Below are positions 31,173 through 42,527 of a stretch of 49,338 nucleotides of DNA, in pieces. How positions within the stretch are numbered: position 1 is the stretch's first letter; the number at the start of each line of letters is the position of its first letter. The translations under genes were made by a program, and so were the position numbers. Under the pieces are notes generated by a model that did no database searches, had not been told where the DNA came from, and saw only the letters and a program-made list of their open reading frames with translations. Origin of the DNA: a virus; IMG/VR virus record IMGVR_UViG_3300045988_118932; one strand, written 5' to 3'.

Positions 31173-33041
31173 TCAATCCTTCTCTTTAACGGTTATTGAA
31201 TACATGACACCACTCGTATCGATCTTCAAAATGGACATCTCGAAAGGCACGCCGTAAGTAGTGGTAATAGAACTACCGGACATTGATCTAAAACTGCCAG
31301 TAGTGGGGATAGGCTGCGTAAAATAAGCGGTAGGATTACAATCAAGATATATCTCTTCGCCTACATTCAGTGCCCTTGCAGACTCATTTATCGACAGGTT
31401 TGAAGCGAAGGATAGGGTAGCCTTAATTAACCTCTTGTTTGTTGGTATATTCGCAAGAGTTGTGACAGCATTACTCCCTGTGCTGAAGTTTACTATATCA
31501 TCCACCTTCTTCTTGTCCTCAGCCGACATATACCCCGCTATGGCGGAGGTGGCGGTAGGGGGAGTGAGGTATTGACCGTTGTCGGAGAGGTATTTTGTAC
31601 CATCACCGTTATTAACAAGATTCATGGAATTCCAGGCACAGACATATGTTTTATCGTCTGTATAAACGGAAATCCTCTTTACATTTACTACTAAATTTGC
31701 ATTTAACTCAAAGCTATTAAGTCCAGACATATTGATAGTCAACCCATATGACTCTTCATCCTTTGTCATACTAAAAGGGAAATACACAGTGTTAACACGT
31801 GCTAAAGACACTCTATTTTCATAAGCATCAACTACCTTTTGATAATTTTCATCTGATAATGTACCACTTTCATTTGGGAATAAAGTTGTCAAGTCAAGAC
31901 ACTGATTGCTCGCCACTATCTCCGACCACGCCCCATTGTTACGCCCGTAGGTTTTTCCGTCCTTTGGAGCATCTACCGTAATAGCCGCATCTTCTCCTGC
32001 TGGGCCTTGCGGACCTTCTGGACCTCGATCTCCTTTATCGCCTTTCGGGCCCTGTTCTCCCGTAGGACCTTGAGGGCCAGGATCGCCTTGAATACCCTGC
32101 AAACCTTGAGGACCTATATCACCTCTTTCACCTTGAGGTCCTTGAGGACCGGTATCACCTTTGTCACCTTTTGGACCCTGAGCACCTTGAAGCGGACCAT
32201 TGTTTTTCCACACAGAATTGATTGCATCATAAATATAAATGTCGTACGGAGCACCTGTACCAACTCCATAAGCATCACCAGCTTGTGGGGAAACTATTGT
32301 AGACCCTAATTCTTCCTGCGTGCTAAAATATCCAAGTACCTTAAAACCACTTCCCGTATCTCCTTTATCGCCTTTTACTCCCTGCTCGCCTTTAGGCCCA
32401 ACAGGGCCTTGTGGACCAGTTTCGCCAATAGGTCCCTGCGGGCCTGTTTCTCCTTGAATCCCTTGTTCTCCTCTAAGACCTTGCGGACCAATATCACCCT
32501 TTTCACCCTTCAATTCTGCCTTATCTTCTTCCGTCAAATCAGAAAAATGCAATTTCAACTCGTCTTTCTGTTCCGGCGTTAGATCGGAAAACTTCAACTT
32601 CAAATCATCGTAAGGGACAAGTACACGATAAGCTGTATCTTCTTCACTGGTGTACTTCCATTCAATGCCTGTGCTACCGGTACGGAAAACAGGAGTATCA
32701 CCGGCAGTACCTTTCAGATCGGACAAAGCGACAAGATTCTGCCAATTACCGTCCGTATAACGCCATTGGATATAGGTTTTATCCTGATTTACCTGCAAGA
32801 ATACTTCACGTCCATCTACACCCTTCAAGACAGACAGAGCAACACGTACAAGCTTATATGTGCTACCCAACACCTGAAAGGCGGGAAGAGAGGATACACC
32901 GGTAAGTGAACTTACCTCTTCGTACTGCCCCGGATCTTTCGCCGTAGACGCAATCAAATCCTCCACCGCTGCCGCAATCTTCTGCAAGTCTTCCGGCGTG
33001 ATCGTTGTCCCGTCTGATAATATGATATCTCCTGCTGCCAT
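31173..33041 (-). CDS. Collagen-like repeat tail fibre
   Basis: Two Gly-X-Y tracts ([26 protein letters not shown]... and [23 protein letters not shown]...) within 622 aa. Confidence 0.8.
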   Translation of the reverse strand: MAAGDIILSDGTTITPEDLQKIAAAVEDLIASTAKDPGQYEEVSSLTGVSSLPAFQVLGSTYKLVRVALSVLKGVDGREVFLQVNQDKTYIQWRYTDGNWQNLVALSDLKGTAGDTPVFRTGSTGIEWKYTSEEDTAYRVLVPYDDLKLKFSDLTPEQKDELKLHFSDLTEEDKAELKGEKGDIGPQGLRGEQGIQGETGPQGPIGETGPQGPVGPKGEQGVKGDKGDTGSGFKVLGYFSTQEELGSTIVSPQAGDAYGVGTGAPYDIYIYDAINSVWKNNGPLQGAQGPKGDKGDTGPQGPQGERGDIGPQGLQGIQGDPGPQGPTGEQGPKGDKGDRGPEGPQGPAGEDAAITVDAPKDGKTYGRNNGAWSEIVASNQCLDLTTLFPNESGTLSDENYQKVVDAYENRVSLARVNTVYFPFSMTKDEESYGLTINMSGLNSFELNANLVVNVKRISVYTDDKTYVCAWNSMNLVNNGDGTKYLSDNGQYLTPPTATSAIAGYMSAEDKKKVDDIVNFSTGSNAVTTLANIPTNKRLIKATLSFASNLSINESARALNVGEEIYLDCNPTAYFTQPIPTTGSFRSMSGSSITTTYGVPFEMSILKIDTSGVMYSITVKEKD

Positions 33042-33046
33042 AGGTG

Positions 33047-33334
33047 TTAATCTATTTTATTCCTCTGTTCAAAAATTGATTTTGCATCCGCCAATGCCGC
33101 TGTATATATAGCCTCGCTATCAGCATCCGGTATAGACTTGTCAAATGATATATTCTTGGTCCCGTCTGCATTGATGATTATGTAGCCGAAACGAACATCT
33201 GCCTTCTTGACTGTACCCGTTACCGACTTAACGTTTTCCCCTTCATCCTGTGTGATATTGTACTGTACTTCGTAACCTGCCACATTGTTCAGGTATGTGC
33301 TCTTGACCACTGATGATACTTGTTCGAGTGCCAT
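33047..33334 (-). CDS. Hypothetical tail-module protein (95 aa)
   Basis: ORF track; position only. Confidence 0.45.
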   Translation of the reverse strand: MALEQVSSVVKSTYLNNVAGYEVQYNITQDEGENVKSVTGTVKKADVRFGYIIINADGTKNISFDKSIPDADSEAIYTAALADAKSIFEQRNKID

Positions 33335-33337
33335 AAC

Positions 33338-33622
33338 TTATTCCTCCTTATCTTTAGTTTCCACATCTGTCGTTCCGGCTTCAACAGCCTTTGCTATAAT
33401 GATTTTAAACGACGTACAGATTATTTTCATCATCTGTTGATAGTCATTATCTGATATTTCTATTGCCCCCGTTGAATGGTAGATGATATGTGCCAGATCA
33501 TACATCGGAACGGATTCTGCGCTCTTGATTATCGCATCTCCAATTTCATGTGTCAAATCAGCCTTCTGAAACTTATCTACACCATATTCTACATTTAACT
33601 CTTTGAAATTTACTTGTTTCAT
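33338..33622 (-). CDS. Hypothetical tail-module protein (94 aa)
   Basis: ORF track; position only. Confidence 0.45.
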   Translation of the reverse strand: MKQVNFKELNVEYGVDKFQKADLTHEIGDAIIKSAESVPMYDLAHIIYHSTGAIEISDNDYQQMMKIICTSFKIIIAKAVEAGTTDVETKDKEE

Positions 33623-33644
33623 AATGATTTGTTTTTTTAATTAT

Positions 33645-36600
33645 TTATCCTAATGAAATTTTTAATATATTTCCATCTCTCCAAACCATTCCCAATGATT
33701 TTGGATCTATGGTTGGAATTGAAGTAAGAATCAATCCTGTTGATAACGAACTTAAAATTTTTCCATTAACATCATGGACGGAAAATCCTGCTATCCCCAT
33801 TGAATACCTGTATACTATAGAACCAGAACTGCTATTTCTCAAATACATGTGTAAAGCTGGAATTGACTGATAACCAGAAACATTATCAAATTTAAATTCA
33901 GTCACTAATGAATTAGAATTATTAATCATTTTAAAACTTCTTTCTGAAGGGTTAATAACAAATCTATTTCCATTATTTGATGATTGAATTTTTCCAGTTA
34001 TAGATAGATTCCCACCGATATCCCAAAAAACATTTTTCTTAGCTAACCATCCCGCACCATCATGCCCCAAACGTATAGCAGAATTTGCTCTATCTTCCCA
34101 TGAGCTCCCCGCCCAAAATGCAGGACCTGTAATATCAGGAGACATACCCGCTAAACAGACAAAGGATGAATTAGAACCAGATCCCATTTCTATACGCCTA
34201 TTTAACCTCATTTTGTTTGATCCAAAAGAATAAAATGCACCGGTTATATCTGTCACGGAATCTAATTCACCTTCAACACTATCAACTCTATTCCCTAAAT
34301 TATTTATATTGATATTTAAACCCTCTGCTGTTTGATTAACAAAACTCTCACTTGCAAGTCCTTTTACAGAAGATGATATCTGGCTACTTGTCCAACGTGT
34401 TGTAGCATATCCAACTAAAGCTCCATCAACATAAGATCCCACCTCGGTTTGTATTTTACTACTTGTCCAGGACTGAGTAGCGTAATCCCTTCGTACAACT
34501 TGCTGGAATTCGTCATATTCTTCCTTAAACGAAGTAAGTTCAGCTTTATCCGCCTTTAAAGATAAAGAGGTATCATATTTAGTATAAATTTTACCGGTCT
34601 CGGCATCAACATAATCTTTAGTTGCACGTAACTTAATTTCTTCTTCGTTTTGTGTGATTTGAGTTTGTAGATGTACAATAGCATCCGCAATCTCATCAGA
34701 AAACAGCCCTACACCATAAATAAGTATCTCACCAGTGAATCTCAGTTCAAAATCACCTTCCCCGTTCCATTTCCCGACCTTAGACAACTTTTGATAGCTG
34801 TCGCTTTCCGATAGCTGCTCTTCATGATACAACTCGGTTCCCGGGATACCGAAACCGCAAGAACCGGGACGGAGCACCTTATAGAACAAAGAGAAAGAAT
34901 ACGTCTTTTCTTCTTCTTCCGTGTGATCCGGGATATTCATTATAGCATTCTGCTGAAGGATATACGTGTTCCTTATTCGCAGAACGTTTTGACCGTTGTC
35001 ATTATAAATATCGGCAACTTGATCCTTTTCTACATAGAAGCTACCATCCAGCCAAAGATATTCTCCACCTACGTTGATAAAATGAACGTTATTTGCGGCT
35101 GTCCAATAGTTTGTATTCTGGCTGAAAGAAGAGTTTACAAGGATGTTACCACCTTCTGCGGATATGTCGTTACGGATGCTATCAATAAGGCTTTCAAACT
35201 TGCCGTTCATGGCAATAAAGGTCTGCTCAATGGTATCTCCGTTTTGAAGAATGAATGTCGAGTTTTCAACGTATATCCCGTTCAAATAAGCCCCATAACC
35301 AGACAACTGATCGCCTCTCTGTGTCCTGATTCCTGTCAGATGTCCAATACGGGCTTTCAACTTGCCTTCGGTGCTGGCATCAGTAATACCATCGTACACA
35401 TCGATAAATGGCGCACCGCTATCGGCCGTTGTCAGATATATCAATCCCTGCCGGTCCGTATCTTCATTGTTACCCCAACGAAGGGCAAAATCTCCGGCTT
35501 CCGGTTGTCCTGCCCCTTCTATCAGAGGAATAGCTATATCAAAATAGTCACTGTCTACACCGATACAACGTCCGAAAAGATACTTGATACTGGTCGTTCC
35601 CGTCCGTGTCTGTATTCTGACACCGTCACCCTTACGCAGGTTCATAAGCATAAGACCATCCATATCGTCCATATAACAGCGATAACGGTCAGACATCACT
35701 TCTACTCTGGCTATTTTGTTGATGTCAGAAACAATCTGGCTACCTCCTAAACCGTAAATCTGGGAATAAACAATCTCGTAAGCAGTGAATGTCTTTCGAA
35801 TAAAGAGGTTGTCCATCTCCCCAGTGGCCGTCGGTGTGTCTATCTGCCATCCCCAACCGGTAAAACCGGATGCAAAAGTTGGCGATCCGGTATTGCCCCC
35901 TATATAGATATCACTCCTCACACGAAGCGAATCCAATATGGCGGCGCCCGTACTCTGGATATCCCAGCCTTTACCATCCCAGCCGTCTATGAAAATGGAC
36001 GATCCTATCTTCTTGTCAAAAAGTATATTCCCGTGGGCGGTATCGTCGATATCCTTGCGAAGATACATATCACTTATGTCTACATAAGCCTTGTTTATCT
36101 CATATAGTGTACGCAGTGCTGAAAATACATTCTCATCAGAAGCGGCAGTAGCATCATCCTTTTTCACGATATAAACACCAAAGCCGCCACCTTGATTCAC
36201 ATAAGTATTCCCTTTAAACTGAATATTATCTAACTTTTGTTCCAGTTCCCCTAATCGGGAATAGGCTGCACTTTCCCCGATTGTGTATACAGGGGAATCG
36301 TAGGGGATATCCAACTTCTTCTCAAAGCCGATTACACGAGAGATACGACCGTTCTCAAAATACGCCTTATTTATAAGGTTTACTTTCTGCCCCGGCAACA
36401 GATTGATTTCTTTTTCTGGATTTAACAACCCATTGTTTTCATCATAACCGGAAGCCCGGTAAGAATTAAGACTGCATGTATATGTCGAAGGATCAGAAAC
36501 GACCTTGTCCTTATATGCAATCGTTCTTTCCAAAAGTTCCTGTTCAGCCTGTGGAATTAGAGCGTCATTTACATAACGGGTATCAAAATTGTACAAGATA

Positions 36601-37745
36601 TATTTATTCCCTATACCTGGAATAAGTGGGCTTTCTGGCAAAGTCTGTCCATAAGTATCATTACGGACTATTTCAAATACTTGCGATTTAGGGTCGTCTT
36701 CCGGGAATCTGTCAGGATTGAATTCCAAAGCAAAATCCATTCCCGAAAGGGGGCCGGTCTGAAATATGACGTGCAAGTCCTGTCCGGGAAGTTTATATTT
36801 TTCTTTAAATATCAAATTCGCATCCTTGAACCGATATACAGTGAATGTGATAGGATCGCCAGAATCATCCTCATCTGTGATTTCCTTAGGAATTACTTCG
36901 GTTATCGTTCCGGTCACACGAGGATAGATGTCCTCAAAGATAATGACCGCTTCAACAATCTGTTCTTCCTTCAAGCCTTCGATAACATCCACATACGGAG
37001 TCCCAGCAGGAAGCATCAGTCTTTTTTGGACGACACCCTCGACGACTGCCCCCGTTTCTCCCTTCCGATAGTCAGATGGAATGTTTCGAGTCGATCCAAA
37101 AGCATATAGTCTTGTTGCAAAAATATCCTGGCTCCGACTCCTTGGCATTGAAGATATTTCCTTCCCCATTTCCAAGTTTACAGGTTCCCCATGTTCCAAA
37201 TGTCCAAGATATATTTTATCCCCATCAACCCACCATTCACATTCCCATGCCTCCGCTATTTTTGTCAGGGCATCTATGATGTTCGTGTTGTTATACTGCA
37301 CCAATTTAGCTACAGGATCAACAGTGTTATCCACTACAGCTTGATATTCCTTGCCTTTAAAAGTAAATCCTATTGCACGGAGATTGGAAACGACAATGCT
37401 CAAATGCGCTTCCGGGGAACGGGTAAGGCTCCAAGATGCTTCTTTATTTCCTTGTCGATCATAAAAAAGTATATGATTCTTCCATCGATAATAATGTGAT
37501 TCCAGCCTGAGTGTATAATCATATCCACCGTTAGAAGTATTAAATGTTGGGTATACTTTATCTGTTATATAATAAAGCGAGCCTTCATAATCAACATTGT
37601 CTCCTATCTCCAATCGTACCGGAGTTTCTAAAGAGAATACAATACTAATATAATCCTCTTTCATCAGTTCAAATCGATGTAATGAACTCGATCCTATTGA
37701 TACTGACAACTTGATTCTGCCTGATATGTCCCTTATATCAATCAT
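33645..37745 (-). CDS. Tail tip / host-specificity protein (Tal-like, 1366 aa)
   Basis: Large ORF after the Dit-like gene. The start was moved to MIDIRDISG (37745) because the track extension covers a terminator hairpin. Confidence 0.65.
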   Translation of the reverse strand: MIDIRDISGRIKLSVSIGSSSLHRFELMKEDYISIVFSLETPVRLEIGDNVDYEGSLYYITDKVYPTFNTSNGGYDYTLRLESHYYRWKNHILFYDRQGNKEASWSLTRSPEAHLSIVVSNLRAIGFTFKGKEYQAVVDNTVDPVAKLVQYNNTNIIDALTKIAEAWECEWWVDGDKIYLGHLEHGEPVNLEMGKEISSMPRSRSQDIFATRLYAFGSTRNIPSDYRKGETGAVVEGVVQKRLMLPAGTPYVDVIEGLKEEQIVEAVIIFEDIYPRVTGTITEVIPKEITDEDDSGDPITFTVYRFKDANLIFKEKYKLPGQDLHVIFQTGPLSGMDFALEFNPDRFPEDDPKSQVFEIVRNDTYGQTLPESPLIPGIGNKYILYNFDTRYVNDALIPQAEQELLERTIAYKDKVVSDPSTYTCSLNSYRASGYDENNGLLNPEKEINLLPGQKVNLINKAYFENGRISRVIGFEKKLDIPYDSPVYTIGESAAYSRLGELEQKLDNIQFKGNTYVNQGGGFGVYIVKKDDATAASDENVFSALRTLYEINKAYVDISDMYLRKDIDDTAHGNILFDKKIGSSIFIDGWDGKGWDIQSTGAAILDSLRVRSDIYIGGNTGSPTFASGFTGWGWQIDTPTATGEMDNLFIRKTFTAYEIVYSQIYGLGGSQIVSDINKIARVEVMSDRYRCYMDDMDGLMLMNLRKGDGVRIQTRTGTTSIKYLFGRCIGVDSDYFDIAIPLIEGAGQPEAGDFALRWGNNEDTDRQGLIYLTTADSGAPFIDVYDGITDASTEGKLKARIGHLTGIRTQRGDQLSGYGAYLNGIYVENSTFILQNGDTIEQTFIAMNGKFESLIDSIRNDISAEGGNILVNSSFSQNTNYWTAANNVHFINVGGEYLWLDGSFYVEKDQVADIYNDNGQNVLRIRNTYILQQNAIMNIPDHTEEEEKTYSFSLFYKVLRPGSCGFGIPGTELYHEEQLSESDSYQKLSKVGKWNGEGDFELRFTGEILIYGVGLFSDEIADAIVHLQTQITQNEEEIKLRATKDYVDAETGKIYTKYDTSLSLKADKAELTSFKEEYDEFQQVVRRDYATQSWTSSKIQTEVGSYVDGALVGYATTRWTSSQISSSVKGLASESFVNQTAEGLNININNLGNRVDSVEGELDSVTDITGAFYSFGSNKMRLNRRIEMGSGSNSSFVCLAGMSPDITGPAFWAGSSWEDRANSAIRLGHDGAGWLAKKNVFWDIGGNLSITGKIQSSNNGNRFVINPSERSFKMINNSNSLVTEFKFDNVSGYQSIPALHMYLRNSSSGSIVYRYSMGIAGFSVHDVNGKILSSLSTGLILTSIPTIDPKSLGMVWRDGNILKISLG

Positions 37746-37762
37746 ATGTTCAAAGTTCAGGG

Positions 37763-37796
37763 ATAAAAAAAGGAAGTCCAATTTTCTGAACTTCCT
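37763..37796 (-). terminator. Intrinsic terminator inside the tail operon
   Basis: The minus strand reads AGGAAGT-TCAGAAAATTGG-ACTTCCT-TTTTTTAT, between the Dit-like stop and the Tal-like start. Confidence 0.7.
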
Positions 37797-37800
37797 AAAT

Positions 37801-37822
37801 ACGACAATCATTTTATTGTCGT
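37801..37822. promoter_or_regulatory. Palindrome ACGACAAT-N6-ATTGTCGT, copy 2 of 3
   Basis: Perfect 8-bp arms lying between the Dit-like stop codon (37826) and the terminator at 37763-37796. Confidence 0.6.
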
Positions 37823-37825
37823 GAA

Positions 37826-38239
37826 TTAATCTCTATCATCTGGATTAGGCTCTTCAAACTTAACAGATAACCGGCTGTTCATACGCGACCTGTCAAGAGC
37901 AAAACTCGTAGATTTTTTATGAACAAGAATAAAGGACATGCCAATAGCTGGAACCCGAACTATAACTTTTCCCTTCTGGAGTTCCGAAACGAACTTTGCA
38001 TAATTGGATAAATATTCTTCGGGAGTATCGCCGTGAATATTAAATGTCAATGTCACATCACGACTTGAAATTTTAGGATTGTTATATATTACCATCTTCC
38101 CGTTTTCAAGGCGGCTTTCGCTTTCTATAAAATCCTTATTGCCGGCAGGAGTAAGAAGGTTCTGAATAAAGCTTTCCCCCATAGCAACCCTATATGTTCC
38201 CCAAGCATCATTACTGTTTATAAATAAGTCTCCCAACAT
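37826..38239 (-). CDS. Distal tail protein-like (Dit-like, 137 aa)
   Basis: Position after the tape measure; the pattern ...SRDVTLTFNIHGDTPEEYLSNYAKFVSEL resembles the Dit N-terminal domain. Confidence 0.45.
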   Translation of the reverse strand: MLGDLFINSNDAWGTYRVAMGESFIQNLLTPAGNKDFIESESRLENGKMVIYNNPKISSRDVTLTFNIHGDTPEEYLSNYAKFVSELQKGKVIVRVPAIGMSFILVHKKSTSFALDRSRMNSRLSVKFEEPNPDDRD

Positions 38240-38242
38240 AAT

Positions 38243-38662
38243 CTATAATATTTTTGCAGTTCCGTCATTTATAATATCGACCTCACATCCTCCGATATTT
38301 ACAACTAATATCACGGAATAGTTAGTTGCTTCTATTTTAGCCTTTCCCCCGTGCATAAGCATTACCTTATGAACCTTTGTATTATCATCATAAGACAAGC
38401 TCGCAATGGTATTTCCTACTACTGCAACATTCGGTTTATTGCAGAGTTCAATATATCCACAATCCACATAAACCCCAAACGGTTTCACATTCTTGGCCAT
38501 CCCCCTAAATGATTCTAGGGGTGGATAGTTGTTATGTTCGCAAAACTCCCGGCCTTGTGGGGAAAAGAAAAGCCAACACAAACTTTTCCAGTCTGTAGCT
38601 TTTCCTGACTCACAACAAGCACCTAAAGAGATTGCTTTCTGCATTATATCATGAACTTTCAT
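38243..38662 (-). CDS. Cys-rich hypothetical protein (139 aa) between the tape measure and Dit-like genes
   Basis: ORF track; unusual position and composition (8 Cys). Confidence 0.45.
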   Translation of the reverse strand: MKVHDIMQKAISLGACCESGKATDWKSLCWLFFSPQGREFCEHNNYPPLESFRGMAKNVKPFGVYVDCGYIELCNKPNVAVVGNTIASLSYDDNTKVHKVMLMHGGKAKIEATNYSVILVVNIGGCEVDIINDGTAKIL

Positions 38663-38663
38663 A

Positions 38664-41600
38664 CTATAAATTATTTATATTGTTTTCTATCTTTGTCAAC
38701 TTGGAAACTACTTCTTTTAATTGCTTTACCGTATCTCCGGTATTATCACTAATTTGCTGCAATTCTATATATATATTAGCCATCATCACGCGAGTTTCAT
38801 CTGCAATATCATACAATGACGCAATTCTTATATTTATCGAATCAATACTTGCACTTATATACAGCAGATTTGCAATCTGGTTAGAACTCTGCAAATACAA
38901 AAGAATTTCTTCCCCAATCATTTGCAAAGCCGTAAATCGCCCATTCAATTCATTCGCTGAATCTTGAGACATTACTTCAAATCCTCCGCTTGTTGCCTGT
39001 TGCTCATATTTGCTTTCATCCTTTAGCCATTTGCCAGAATTTTCAAATATTTCTTGTGCCTCCTTGTCCATCTTTTCCTTCAACTTATTCAATTCGGCTT
39101 CTTCCCATGGCGACACGATACCATCGGACATATAGTCGGCCAACTGCTTCATGAAATCTTGAACCGAAGGAGACAGCTTCTTTTTTAAAAACTCTATGAT
39201 AGCGGTTTTAATGAGTGTTTGAACAGCTTTAGCGGATGATTCTGCGGCATTTTCTCCTGTAGCCCATGCGTCGGCATAGGCCTTAGCAAACTCATCAATA
39301 GCGGACATAACATCTGTCCCAGTGATGGCCTCTATCGCTTTTTCTTTATTCTCTTCAAGTTGAGCATTAATATCGTATAATTGCTTCTGCCACTCTTTTA
39401 TACGATTGTCATCTGATTTTTTCTTGTCTTGTTCTTCTTTGATTTGTTGCTGAATAAGAAGTTTTTGTTGCTCAAGAAGTTTATTTTGCTGATCTATTAG
39501 TTGAGAAGCATCAGTCGAATAGGCTTTTTCTATAGACCTTCCCAGCTTTTCATATGACGCATCAAGTACATCAATCTGATCCTGTAATTTCTGGATGCGC
39601 TTTTCATTTTTTTTATCATGAATTTTAGCGATAGCGGAAGCCAAAGAAGAAACGACGCCAATAGCTGCTCCGGCTGCGGCTCCAATGGGGCCAAACATTG
39701 CTCCGGCTTGCGCTCCTTGCATTGTCGAATTAACAGCATCCATTGCGATATTCAAACCTTCAGCTATACCACTAAATACCCCACCAAACGAGTCGCCCAG
39801 CTTGCCAAATGTATTAGACAAAAATTGGACCGAAGAAGTAACCTCATTTACACCTTCATTTATAAGCTGCAATGATTCTGTTAATTTCTTAGGATCATTC
39901 CCTGCGGCGAAAAAACGTTTTAAGCCTTGTGTTACTTTATCAAATGCAGGCTGTAAAGTCTCTGCTTGATCTTTTACTTCCCTTAGCGATTCACTGGCCT
40001 GCCGTATAGCTTCCGGTGCTTCTTGCCAGCGTCTAAATTCATCTTCTGTTATACCGAGTTTTGAGCCAACAGTTGCGTCCCATTTACCATTTTTGATAAA
40101 ATCAAGTGCTTCCTGACCTTTTGAAGCAAGTTCTTGCAGCTCCTTCAAAGATTTATCGCGCATATCACCAAAAAGAGCAATAATAGCATTTGAAGAATTT
40201 TTGGTCTTAATTTCAAGATCAAGCAATTCTTTATCCCATTGCTTACCAAGCATCAATTTTTCACCTTCCGTTTCAGCATCAGCGATCTTTTGACCATATT
40301 CGACTGCAAGAGCCATTTTCTTCTCCTGATAAGAACCATATTCTTTCAAATAATCATTCATTGCCTTACGCTGGGCTTCAACCTGCTCATATTCCACTTC
40401 TTGAGTAGAACGCATACGGGTAGTTTTTGCCTGCGTAACGGCCGTTTTTATTTCAACAGTCTGCTCTTGCGTCAGTTTTCCTCCTTGTGCTTCTCTCCAT
40501 TCTTTCTCCTTTTTACGGATAGCCTCTATTTCACGATCGTAATCATATTCTATTTGGGCAATGCGCTTATCGGAACCTTCCTCCATCAGATCAATCCGGG
40601 ATTGCTCGTTACGATGTTGAAGTTCTAACAGTTCGTTATTTATTCTTTCCTGAACCTGTTTTTGTTTCTCTGCTTCTTTTTTCTGCTTTTCAGTTTGTTC
40701 TTTACCGATAGAGGCCTTATTAAACGCAACATATTCATCTCGCATTTTCTCCAGTGCAGATCCTCCTATATTTGCGGCATCAGCGGCAGCAATCAATTCT
40801 CCTTTAGCTTCATTTATTCTTCTATTATATTCTTCTTGCGTTATTTCGCTAAGCGATAAACTCCTATTTAATTGGTCTATTGTTTCTTTATAAACCTGAT
40901 ATTCTTTCATATCTCGGAACAAAACATCAAGTTGCTCTATATTTGATGATTTTCCAAGTATATTAGCATATTGATCACTCCATTTCTTAATATCATCCAA
41001 TATAGTCTTCTGCGCTTTTTGTGCTGAATTACGGGAATTGATTAAATTCTTAATATAGTTACCATAATTACGGCTAAATGCAAAAGCGTTTTTTACCAAT
41101 TCCTCTTCGTTGCCAGCTTTATTTTCTTTCATTAGAGCGTTGATCTTCGATTGTAAATCCATTTCCTTTTTTTTAGCCTCTGTTAAAGCCTCTGCGGATT
41201 TTGCTCTTTGATCTTCGATTAATTTTAATGAAGCAATATTCTGTATGTTTTCAACAAGCAATTTATACGCTTCGTTTGCTTTTCCTGCCAAAATAGCTTC
41301 CTCTGAAAGATTTTGTAAATAATCAGGGTACATTTGCTGAAGTTTCTCTACTGCTTTTTTTCGTACATTGATAGATAAAGCAATGTTCTGAGATATGCCA
41401 TATAACAAATTCAATTTAGAAATCTCTTCTAATGTTTTTTCAGATGCATTACTTTGTAAGTTATTAAATTCTTTCAATGACTCATTCAACCTCTTTTGCG
41501 CTGTATCAGCTCCAAACAAATTCTTCGTCCATTCGATAATATCCTTTCCATAGACAGACAGCATTGTTATTGCAACAACAAGTGCTGTTTGCCAACTGAA

Positions 41601-42524
41601 AATAGACGAAATTAACTGTTTCCATACTGGCGCAACTTTAGCTACATCATTGTTCCCGGCCGCAACAGCCGCTTTAAAAGCCTTGTATTCTGCCGACGCT
41701 TTCTTTAACTCGTCTGCAAGCATAGGGAGGTTGTTTGATATGGCCAAAAAGAAAGTATTCCATCCTATAGCTAAAGATGGCAATTCTCTCGCTACTTGTT
41801 GTACCGACATTCCCAAACCATTCCAGGCAGAAGCGTAGTTTCCTACATTTCTTTGATATCGGCCGGTAGCCTGTTCTGCCGCACTAATCTCGGTATTCAA
41901 CGACTGTATCTGCTTTTGCAAATCGGTTCCGATCGCAGCCTTTCTATCCGAAGCGGAAAGACGATCATATTCTGCATTAAGTAATGACAACTGTTTTCTC
42001 AGGGAAACAAGAGAATCCGCTGCCACCCCTTCTATTTTTATATTGTCGGAATATTCTTTTCTGAGTTTTTTTAGAGCCTCATTTTCTATTGTATATTGGT
42101 GAGTTATTTCCTTTAATTCAGTCAAGATATTTGATCCCTTTTGCCCCCTCTTGTCTATATCAGACAATGCCAAATAAGACTTATTTAGTTTCTTGACATC
42201 TTCATTTAAGGCTTTGACTTTCAGCTGTTGTTCAACAAATACATCCGTAGCATTATTAAGCTCCGATGCCATCTGTCGTGCGCCTTCCATTACTCCATTA
42301 GATACATTAAGCTGATCTATAATACGTTGATAATTTTGAACCTGCTGCTCATATTCTTTCAGTTTTTGTGTCGATTCCTGATATTTCTTATTTAACTCTT
42401 CGAAACCCTTCATGTCACCAGCAACATTAAAGTCTTTAAGAGCCGTTTTCAGAGCTTCTACCTCTTCTCTGAGTTTTTGCACTTCTTGCCATTTGGCAGA
42501 AACATCAAAACTAAGTTTTGCCAT
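38664..42524 (-). CDS. Tape measure protein (1286 aa)
   Basis: Very long coiled-coil-rich ORF with a hydrophobic central segment, downstream of the G/GT chaperone genes. Confidence 0.85.
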   Translation of the reverse strand: MAKLSFDVSAKWQEVQKLREEVEALKTALKDFNVAGDMKGFEELNKKYQESTQKLKEYEQQVQNYQRIIDQLNVSNGVMEGARQMASELNNATDVFVEQQLKVKALNEDVKKLNKSYLALSDIDKRGQKGSNILTELKEITHQYTIENEALKKLRKEYSDNIKIEGVAADSLVSLRKQLSLLNAEYDRLSASDRKAAIGTDLQKQIQSLNTEISAAEQATGRYQRNVGNYASAWNGLGMSVQQVARELPSLAIGWNTFFLAISNNLPMLADELKKASAEYKAFKAAVAAGNNDVAKVAPVWKQLISSIFSWQTALVVAITMLSVYGKDIIEWTKNLFGADTAQKRLNESLKEFNNLQSNASEKTLEEISKLNLLYGISQNIALSINVRKKAVEKLQQMYPDYLQNLSEEAILAGKANEAYKLLVENIQNIASLKLIEDQRAKSAEALTEAKKKEMDLQSKINALMKENKAGNEEELVKNAFAFSRNYGNYIKNLINSRNSAQKAQKTILDDIKKWSDQYANILGKSSNIEQLDVLFRDMKEYQVYKETIDQLNRSLSLSEITQEEYNRRINEAKGELIAAADAANIGGSALEKMRDEYVAFNKASIGKEQTEKQKKEAEKQKQVQERINNELLELQHRNEQSRIDLMEEGSDKRIAQIEYDYDREIEAIRKKEKEWREAQGGKLTQEQTVEIKTAVTQAKTTRMRSTQEVEYEQVEAQRKAMNDYLKEYGSYQEKKMALAVEYGQKIADAETEGEKLMLGKQWDKELLDLEIKTKNSSNAIIALFGDMRDKSLKELQELASKGQEALDFIKNGKWDATVGSKLGITEDEFRRWQEAPEAIRQASESLREVKDQAETLQPAFDKVTQGLKRFFAAGNDPKKLTESLQLINEGVNEVTSSVQFLSNTFGKLGDSFGGVFSGIAEGLNIAMDAVNSTMQGAQAGAMFGPIGAAAGAAIGVVSSLASAIAKIHDKKNEKRIQKLQDQIDVLDASYEKLGRSIEKAYSTDASQLIDQQNKLLEQQKLLIQQQIKEEQDKKKSDDNRIKEWQKQLYDINAQLEENKEKAIEAITGTDVMSAIDEFAKAYADAWATGENAAESSAKAVQTLIKTAIIEFLKKKLSPSVQDFMKQLADYMSDGIVSPWEEAELNKLKEKMDKEAQEIFENSGKWLKDESKYEQQATSGGFEVMSQDSANELNGRFTALQMIGEEILLYLQSSNQIANLLYISASIDSINIRIASLYDIADETRVMMANIYIELQQISDNTGDTVKQLKEVVSKLTKIENNINNL

Positions 42525-42527
42525 AAA

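Noticed and set aside
34824-35750. A 308-aa plus-strand ORF antisense to the 1366-aa Tal-like gene
   Set aside because: It has no start context, an implausible composition (Cys- and Ile-rich with homopolymeric runs), and lies entirely within a well-supported long gene. It is most simply a stop-free antisense frame caused by the codon bias of the sense gene.
29372-37745. A diversity-generating retroelement targeting the fibre genes
   Set aside because: No reverse transcriptase ORF exists anywhere in the genome, and I saw no template/variable repeat pair with adenine-specific differences.
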